Origin: a virus
Length of the DNA stretch: 64,000 nucleotides
Direction: 5' to 3' (one strand)
Virus record (IMG/VR): IMGVR_UViG_3300045988_138000
Position numbers and translations under genes: made by a program. The notes under the pieces were generated by a model. The model ran no database searches, was not told the origin of the DNA, and saw only the letters and a program-made list of their open reading frames with translations. This document shows, piece by piece, positions 58,837 to 64,000 of this stretch; position 1 is the stretch's first letter, and each line of letters begins with the position of its first letter.

Positions 58837-59889
58837 TCAAAGTAAAAGCGAACCATTAATATCGATCACTACTTTAAACGACAAAGCATACATGTTGGTG
58901 TTGGTGTCATCCTGGATAGTGGTCTCGTCTTCCAAAAGAATGGTGCATGGAATCCAAATGCCGTGCGATAGAATCCATGCGTGTTCGCTCATGGCAAACT
59001 CGTGCAGATACCAGTCGAGCCAACTCTCGTCGAGCGGGTCAGTAGTGAGATTCCAAGTTTCCTGATCATTCTGCTTCTTGACCGACGCACGAGAGAAGGA
59101 GTTAAAAGTCTCCTGCTTTGCCACAATATACGATTCTGTTGTAAGCGCCATCTTACGGCTGTAGGATTTCGGCAGACTGACACTCTCAAGTACACCAAAC
59201 AGATTGATGAAGCGTATGGTGTAACGGTTGCTCGCCTCTGTAGCAGGAAGCGCATAGAGTTGGTGAGTACCGACGGTCTGCAGTCCTTCCTGCGTAATCT
59301 CCTTAGAGACAGACGTGGGAGGAACCAGGGTCGGACTGTTACTGAGCAGTTGTTCCGTCTCGTAGGGTGTAGTATAAATAAAGGTGTCACCCACAACGAC
59401 GGGTTGCGGCAAAGTGTTCGGCTTTCGGGTGAAAGAAATGACTCCCTTACTGGGTCCAGACTGAAGGCGCACCATATCAGAGAAAGCACCCGCAATGCAG
59501 CGAAGGTTCGTGTTGCCGGTTTCGTCGGGCTCTTGAGGATAAAACACCTCGCCTACATTGGTAAATATCTCACCATTGTTATCCATATATTCATCGTAGG
59601 CATGGACGTACCAGCTCACGAAAGGATAGGTTGTCGGCTCGGGAGTATATTTATAGGAGTCGAGTGCCGCACGCAAAGCTGACGATACATCAAGCGATAC
59701 ATCAGTGCCCTCTTTGGTGACGGGTTCATTGAGTTTTATGACATCATAGCTGCCGTCATTGTCGAACACGACCTCTACGACGACACGATGAAAAGAAGGC
59801 GTATTCTCAAAAGCTGACGGAGAGATGGTAAAAGTAATCGGGTTGCCAGCAAGGATTGAACCAGATGTAAGTAAAATTTTCTGTGCCAT
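58837..59889 (-). CDS. virion-associated hypothetical protein
   Basis: 350-aa ORF within the fibre cluster. Confidence 0.55.
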   Translation of the reverse strand: MAQKILLTSGSILAGNPITFTISPSAFENTPSFHRVVVEVVFDNDGSYDVIKLNEPVTKEGTDVSLDVSSALRAALDSYKYTPEPTTYPFVSWYVHAYDEYMDNNGEIFTNVGEVFYPQEPDETGNTNLRCIAGAFSDMVRLQSGPSKGVISFTRKPNTLPQPVVVGDTFIYTTPYETEQLLSNSPTLVPPTSVSKEITQEGLQTVGTHQLYALPATEASNRYTIRFINLFGVLESVSLPKSYSRKMALTTESYIVAKQETFNSFSRASVKKQNDQETWNLTTDPLDESWLDWYLHEFAMSEHAWILSHGIWIPCTILLEDETTIQDDTNTNMYALSFKVVIDINGSLLL

Positions 59890-59952
59890 ATCTATAGATA
59901 AAACAGGAGATGAATGTATGTGCTGAGATTTTTCTTGGGGCTACGAAAGTCG

Positions 59953-60201
59953 CTAAGACATTTTTTTCTCTACGATAGCTGTCACATCAGACACAAGTTG
60001 TAAGTCTTTTGCCTCTTCGGGCGAAATCTTGATATGGAACATGGTTTCGGTCTGAAGAACGAGATCGAGAAAGTCGATAGACTCAAGAGCGAGATCATCA
60101 CGCAGGTTAGAGCTGTCGGTCACTTCTGCTGTCGATGCCCAAGGTGTGCGCAGGCCTTCAACTATATTGAACACCCGCTGGCGAATATCTTCTTTGTTCA
60201 T
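59953..60201 (-). CDS. acyl carrier protein
   Basis: 82 aa. LRDDLALESIDFLDLVLQTETMF matches the ACP DLGLDSLD..EL..E.E.F pattern, with the Ser attachment site. Confidence 0.8.
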   Translation of the reverse strand: MNKEDIRQRVFNIVEGLRTPWASTAEVTDSSNLRDDLALESIDFLDLVLQTETMFHIKISPEEAKDLQLVSDVTAIVEKKMS

Positions 60202-61412
60202 AATGATTGGAATTTAGAAATGATGAATGACGAGTTGGTGCCTCCGAAGCCAAAGGCATTACAAAGAATATGGTGTGATAAGTACTCGCGTGACTGCATG
60301 ACGAGATTGAGCTTAGGAAAAGCATTCTCGGCTGTGGTAGCCGCACCGAAGATAGTGTCTGTGTTGAGCATCATGGCGGCTTGAACGGCCTGCGATACAC
60401 CAGCCATCCAGCACTCGTGACCCGTCATACCCTTGGTGGCTACGATATAAGGGCTCTCGGGGAACACCTTTCCGATGGCTTCTGCCTCTGCAGCATCGCC
60501 CTGCTCCGTACCTGTGGCATGGGCGAGGAGTACATCTATCATTCCGGCATCGAGTCCAGCCGACTCTATGGCCTTAATCATTGCCACCTCTTCCTGATAA
60601 GCATCCGGGGTACAGATGCTGGTGCCATTAGTGGAAAAGCCGTAGCCTGAAAGTTCTGCCACGGGCGAGACTTCATAATCCTCAAAACGCAAGCTGTCGG
60701 AAGGCTCAAGAATGACACAGGCTGCACCACCCGAAGGAGCAAGACCATTGCGGGCTTTGCCGAAAGGCTGCACCTTGTCGGGCGAGAAAACGCCCATGGC
60801 ATCAAACGACAGCATGGAGAAGGGACCAGTCTCCTGTGCTCCAACGACAATCACCATGTCGGTTTGGCGCGCATCAAGAAGCATCTTGGCAAGACCGATG
60901 GCATGACCTCCTCCGGCACAAGCCCCGCTGACGGTAAGCGAGAGTCCTTTCAGTCCGTAGATAGAGGCGAGGCTCATGCTGACGGTGGAATTGAGTGTGC
61001 GGAACACTGCACCTGCCCCTAAACGTCGGGTGTCGCGCTGTGTAATGGCAGTGGTCATTGCCTGATAGTTGTCTCCCGCCGTAGAGTCGTTGCTGACGAT
61101 GACCGATACATTGTGAGACTGCAAGAACTCGGGAAGAATATTGGCTTCCACCAGAGCCTCGTTGACGGCAGATAAGGAATATAGGGTCGGTTCGGAAAGA
61201 CATTGCCGTTGACCCCTGGTGAGTTTTGAAAACTTCCAAGGGTTCGGATCATTTATCTTTCCGCACAGGTCGGACTGATAACCTTTCTCGCTGCGCGCGG
61301 GGTCGTGGTGCAGACCGCACTCTCCATACGCCAGCTTCTGTGCGACGGAAAAGGTATCGTTGCCAAGACTGGAAACAATACCTGTGCCTGTGATTAATAT
61401 TTTTCTATCCAT
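60198..61412 (-). CDS. beta-ketoacyl-ACP synthase (KAS I/II, FabF/FabB-like)
   Basis: Trimmed to the ATG at 61412 (MDRKILITGTGIVS...). The catalytic Cys lies in VSGACAGGGHAIG. The His motifs are LLAHATGT and KGMTGHECWMAG. The C-terminus contains NAFGFGGTNSS. Confidence 0.85.
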   Translation of the reverse strand: MDRKILITGTGIVSSLGNDTFSVAQKLAYGECGLHHDPARSEKGYQSDLCGKINDPNPWKFSKLTRGQRQCLSEPTLYSLSAVNEALVEANILPEFLQSHNVSVIVSNDSTAGDNYQAMTTAITQRDTRRLGAGAVFRTLNSTVSMSLASIYGLKGLSLTVSGACAGGGHAIGLAKMLLDARQTDMVIVVGAQETGPFSMLSFDAMGVFSPDKVQPFGKARNGLAPSGGAACVILEPSDSLRFEDYEVSPVAELSGYGFSTNGTSICTPDAYQEEVAMIKAIESAGLDAGMIDVLLAHATGTEQGDAAEAEAIGKVFPESPYIVATKGMTGHECWMAGVSQAVQAAMMLNTDTIFGAATTAENAFPKLNLVMQSREYLSHHILCNAFGFGGTNSSFIISKFQSL

Positions 61413-61441
61413 GATTATGTTTGTTTGATTAAAGAATACTC

Positions 61442-63994
61442 TTACAAGGCATAGACGGTCAGTTCTACCTCTCCAATGCCTTCCTTGGCCGTGATAGTTG
61501 TATTCACCTTGTCGATAAGACATTTCACACCTCCGATGTTCCACCACGTCTTCCAGTGGTTAGGTATGTCGGCTATCTGTGCGACAGAAGCCGAACAGCG
61601 GATGATGTACTTCTTGCGGTTAAGCAGGAAATAGGCGTAGGGCAGAATGAAGGTATCGAAAAGACCGCGTGAGCGTATCTTGGTTATCACATTGCCGTTA
61701 GTGTCCACCTCGTCGGGGGCGCAGAGTGAAACATCCTTATATTCAGGCTTACTGAGCCATGACGGCTCTTTGAAAGCACGTATCTTGAGCGAGAAACGTT
61801 CACCTTTGCCTCTGCCTTCCTGAATACCATTATAGTCGAAGACATTGCCCATCATGTCAATAGAGTCGCAAGCAAGAGCATATTCGCCTGCTGCCGTGCG
61901 CCACTTGGAAGTACCGAAGTGGTCGTAGTTATAGTCATAGGGCTCTGTAGTTGCATTCGTACCGCCGCCTCGCATCATGGCCAAGGCAAAGCCCCATCGT
62001 GAATCGTCTTGAAGAGGCGAGTTGCCGTCTTCGGTGTTTGACGGGTCGTAGCTCTCGACGAGTTTCAACGACTGCTGCATATAGAAGTCGCAGAAAGGCG
62101 AGGAGATGGTCTGGTTGATGATTTGCTCGACAAACTCATGCTCCATGTCCTCATCGACATAGGCGCAGAGGATAGGCTGTCCTTCCTTGATAACGACACC
62201 ATAGGTTGTTGTCTTTGAATCGTCATAGTACTTTGCCGTATGAGAGCCGTAAGCAGCCTCTATCTCCTTGAAATAGTTGACATCATTGAACGGCACGGGG
62301 GTGAAGTCGATGGTGATGTCGTGGATGAAGTCTTCATTCTCCTCGCTGCAATCGCCATACTCCACACCCTTGTACTGGCCTACCTCGAAAAGCACAGGCT
62401 TGAGGTCGGCTGTAGTAGTGGCGTCGCCATTCACCTTCACGCGATAGGCATTGCCCGTCTTCGGGTCGATGTAGCATCTTTTATCGCCAGAACTTAAATT
62501 ATGAAAGAAGTCAACGTAATCTCGATCGTAAACCGTTTCGTTGTCTCCACTTCCCGGTTCGGGATAGTCGATATAGTCGTAGTCGGTAGCATAGCCCATA
62601 TTTTTATTCTTGCGGCTGTCCTTGACGTTCTGCTGCTGATCCTTGGCATCGCTCTCTTCGGAGTATCGCATACGTACACCCGTTATCTTCTCGCTGACGG
62701 GAATGATAGAATGAACGTCTGCGCGAAACGTGCGTGCTGGCTGTCCACTCTCGCGAAGCACGTCACGGATGAGGTAGGCCGTGACTTTCTTTTGCTCATA
62801 GTCGTAGGAAAACTTGATGCCGAAGGCGCTCTCCAAGGATGAGATAATCGTGCTGACACTCTCATCGGGGAAGTTGTCGCTGTTGGCCACCATATAGAGC
62901 ACGTTGGCCTGCACGTTGAACTTAGAGATTTGCGCCTCGATGCTGATACCTGTCACCTTTCCGCCCTCTTTTGTCGTCTCTCCCACCTGTATGTGTTCGG
63001 AAGTTCCTTCGTTAGTGGTAAGGGTGAGCTCGTTGACCGTCTTGTCCTCTGCCTTTACGATGTTGATTTTTCCACCACAACCGCGCGACTCCAACCAGGA
63101 GTTGATATGATCTTGCTTCTTGAAATATCCTTCCTTAATCTCGCCTGCCTTCTTTTTCTTGGCGATGACTTCGGGGTCTTTATCCTCATAGTATGTTCCG
63201 TGATGTGGATGCTCTTTGGTGTCGTAGGCGCAAACGGTGGTGAAGAAACAGAGGTGCTTCATATCCTCTATCTGCATCAGTGCCGACTTGTCGAAGGTGA
63301 CACCCAGGTGAGCAAACAGGCAGTCGAGAAAATAGAGTACATAGAAACAGATGCCCGACTGCGGACGGCGTGCGTCCAACACCCAATAGGGATAAAGATC
63401 CTCGTTGGTCCACTTGCAGTCCTTCGTGCTGATAACGTCGCTCGATGTGGTGCCATCGTCAGCAAGTCCGTGGTGCTTGTAGCAGATACGGGCGTTGCAA
63501 TAAGCTGCCGGACGGCCTGCGCCATCTGTCTCGCCATAGGCTGCCGACGTGTTGATATAGTCGCCATTCTTGGCGATGGCGGGCTCGTTGACTGTATTTC
63601 CGTTGGGGTAGGCTCGTGACGACTTTCTCTTAGCGTCGGCCTTCATGTGTAAAGGATAAAGGATATTGGTGGTGTACTCCTGGCACGATGCAGGATAGGA
63701 GAAGCCAAGAGCCTGCGGTTCGAGCACTTTACTTACACTTACGTGCTCGGCATGAATGGTTCGGGTGACAGTCTCATCATCCTTATGCTTTCCTCCCTCC
63801 ACAAACACACTGACATTTACAACAGGGTCGCTCTCGATGTCTACCCTTACGTTGCCTATCTTCTCGCCGATGATCAGTTCATCCTTGATGGGGATGTCAC
63901 GACAGTTGAGCGAACCGATGAGGTCGCTGAAACTCTGTCTGCCTGCATTAATACTCATAGAGAGCGAGTCTTTTATCTCTTCAGCATCCTGCAT
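61442..63994 (-). CDS. large virion/baseplate-type hypothetical protein
   Basis: 850-aa ORF with an ATG at 63994. It lies directly upstream of the KAS gene on the same strand. Confidence 0.6.
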   Translation of the reverse strand: MQDAEEIKDSLSMSINAGRQSFSDLIGSLNCRDIPIKDELIIGEKIGNVRVDIESDPVVNVSVFVEGGKHKDDETVTRTIHAEHVSVSKVLEPQALGFSYPASCQEYTTNILYPLHMKADAKRKSSRAYPNGNTVNEPAIAKNGDYINTSAAYGETDGAGRPAAYCNARICYKHHGLADDGTTSSDVISTKDCKWTNEDLYPYWVLDARRPQSGICFYVLYFLDCLFAHLGVTFDKSALMQIEDMKHLCFFTTVCAYDTKEHPHHGTYYEDKDPEVIAKKKKAGEIKEGYFKKQDHINSWLESRGCGGKINIVKAEDKTVNELTLTTNEGTSEHIQVGETTKEGGKVTGISIEAQISKFNVQANVLYMVANSDNFPDESVSTIISSLESAFGIKFSYDYEQKKVTAYLIRDVLRESGQPARTFRADVHSIIPVSEKITGVRMRYSEESDAKDQQQNVKDSRKNKNMGYATDYDYIDYPEPGSGDNETVYDRDYVDFFHNLSSGDKRCYIDPKTGNAYRVKVNGDATTTADLKPVLFEVGQYKGVEYGDCSEENEDFIHDITIDFTPVPFNDVNYFKEIEAAYGSHTAKYYDDSKTTTYGVVIKEGQPILCAYVDEDMEHEFVEQIINQTISSPFCDFYMQQSLKLVESYDPSNTEDGNSPLQDDSRWGFALAMMRGGGTNATTEPYDYNYDHFGTSKWRTAAGEYALACDSIDMMGNVFDYNGIQEGRGKGERFSLKIRAFKEPSWLSKPEYKDVSLCAPDEVDTNGNVITKIRSRGLFDTFILPYAYFLLNRKKYIIRCSASVAQIADIPNHWKTWWNIGGVKCLIDKVNTTITAKEGIGEVELTVYAL

Positions 63995-64000
63995 GACGAG

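Noticed and set aside
1-64000. Global reassignment of TAA to a sense codon
   Set aside because: TAA closes many ordinary genes in the window (for example the stops at 218-220, 888-890 and 41530-41532). Only two frames show an internal TAA.

Overview
This 64-kb window is coded almost entirely on the minus strand. It looks like a tailed phage, or more likely a phage-plasmid, of a Bacteroidota-type host. The host call rests on repeated TTTG-N19-21-TAnnTTTG promoters and on lipobox lipoproteins. All calls come from my own reading of motifs; no homology search was run.

Layout:
- 0-16 kb: a dense early or accessory block of small genes. It holds three YopX paralogues, an HNH endonuclease, an ASCH-like protein, two methyltransferases (one C5-MTase broken at a G8 tract) and the start of a radical-SAM gene.
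- 16-26 kb: a replication block with a DnaN clamp, an SSB-like protein ending in DDLPF, a 1226-aa primase-helicase and a DEDDh exonuclease, plus a 530-bp ORF-free, helix-rich gap.
- 26.4 kb: a divergent promoter switch with a plus-strand HTH regulator.
- 29-32.5 kb: a complete plasmid-style module of Rep-like ORF, iterons, RHH ParG-like protein, ParA and GTAC-rich centromere-like repeats.
- 32.7-36 kb: a lipoprotein cargo gene and a minimal NAD-type ligase with a membrane tail.
- 36-46 kb: a one-strand island of small unknown genes separated by hairpin + TATTATAGA elements. It includes a truncated HsdM-like protein.
- 46.2 and 48.4 kb: two GC-rich, CCWGG-dense tandem-repeat arrays, each upstream of a copy of the same promoter module.
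- 52-64 kb: large tail-fibre or virion genes, with a translationally coupled ketoacyl synthase + acyl carrier protein pair embedded among them.

No integrase, rRNA, tRNA or CRISPR array is recognisable. Most small proteins remain hypothetical.
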